A stretch of DNA of 62,950 nucleotides, counting the filler, from Ministeria vibrans ATCC 50519 (lineage: Eukaryota > Protista > Filasterea): assembly GCA_943704425.1 (NCBI GenBank). It is 6 parts of 6 records of this genome, joined end to end, with 100 filler letters (N's around TTAATTAATTAA, not from the genome) between each part and the next. Parts side by side here need not be neighbours in the genome. Positions count along the whole stretch, not along the records: positions 60,416 to 62,950 come from CALSCP010001368.1; 5 more parts are not named here. One strand, written 5' to 3'. Below, piece after piece: positions 62,681-62,950 of this stretch. The stretch's first letter is position 1, and each line of letters starts with the position of its first letter. The notes beneath the pieces were generated by a model. The model had not been told where the DNA came from. It saw only the letters and a program-made list of their open reading frames with translations, and searched no databases. Made by a program: the position numbers and the translations under genes.

Positions 62681-62950
62681 GTTTCAAATTCACCCACGCA
62701 CTACACTCACTGTCGTTTCAAATTCACCCACGCACTACACTCACTGTCGTTTCAAATTCACCCACGCACTACACTCACTGTCGTTTCAAATTCACCCACG
62801 CACTACACTCACTGTCGTTTAAAATCCACCCACGCACTACACTCACTGTCGTTTCAAATTCACCCACGCACTACACTCACTGTCGTTTAAAATCCACCCA
62901 CGCACTACACTCACTGTCGTTTCAAATTCACCCACGCACTACACTCACTG
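62681..62950. repeat. 34-bp minisatellite (GTTTCAAATTCACCCACGCACTACACTCACTGTC), ~8 copies, intronic, runs off the window
   Basis: Head-to-tail units with no spacers; two copies carry the GTTTAAAATCC variant. Confidence 0.95.

Noticed and set aside
62681-62950. CRISPR array (34-bp repeats starting GTTTCAA)
   Set aside because: Units are contiguous with no unique spacers, lie in a eukaryotic intron, and no cas genes are present.

Overview
Eukaryotic nuclear DNA that is gene-dense and intron-rich; every intron I could trace is canonical GT-AG, and the standard genetic code fits. The window is a concatenation of six contigs joined by artificial 100-nt spacers (N44-TTAATTAATTAA-N44), so adjacency across those spacers means nothing. 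Gene content (DAAM-type formin, WASP, FRMPD/FAK-type FERM scaffold, cubilin-like N-terminus, SPIDR-like OB folds, PX-PB1) suggests a unicellular holozoan or close opisthokont relative (inference). About 27 genes or gene fragments are supportable: housekeeping (DHPS, PDAP1, DENR, ALDH4A1, MRPL12, RAN, SLC35B1, YJU2, METAP2, MGST3, RRP9, NDUFS8, ABCA, ABCB10) plus accessory genes. Best candidates for new biology: (1) a ~2,250-aa secretory protein with a huge plant-type LRR ectodomain fused to an 11-TM module with OSCA/TMEM63-like motifs, a putative LRR-gated channel-receptor; (2) a cubilin-N/EGF/PKD protein ending in bacterial-type BspA (DUF285) repeats, two of them each on its own 72-nt phase-0 exon; (3) a WW-WW-FERM scaffold with many PPxxF/LPPPP and WH2-like motifs, head-to-head with WASP; (4) an intron-resident repeat family TATCACTTTGTTT(CT)n in 8 genes; (5) a GATC motif recurring shortly upstream of start codons. 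ALDH4A1 and MRPL12 both break off at homopolymer runs, probably misassembly. All family calls are from motif recognition by eye; no searches were run.
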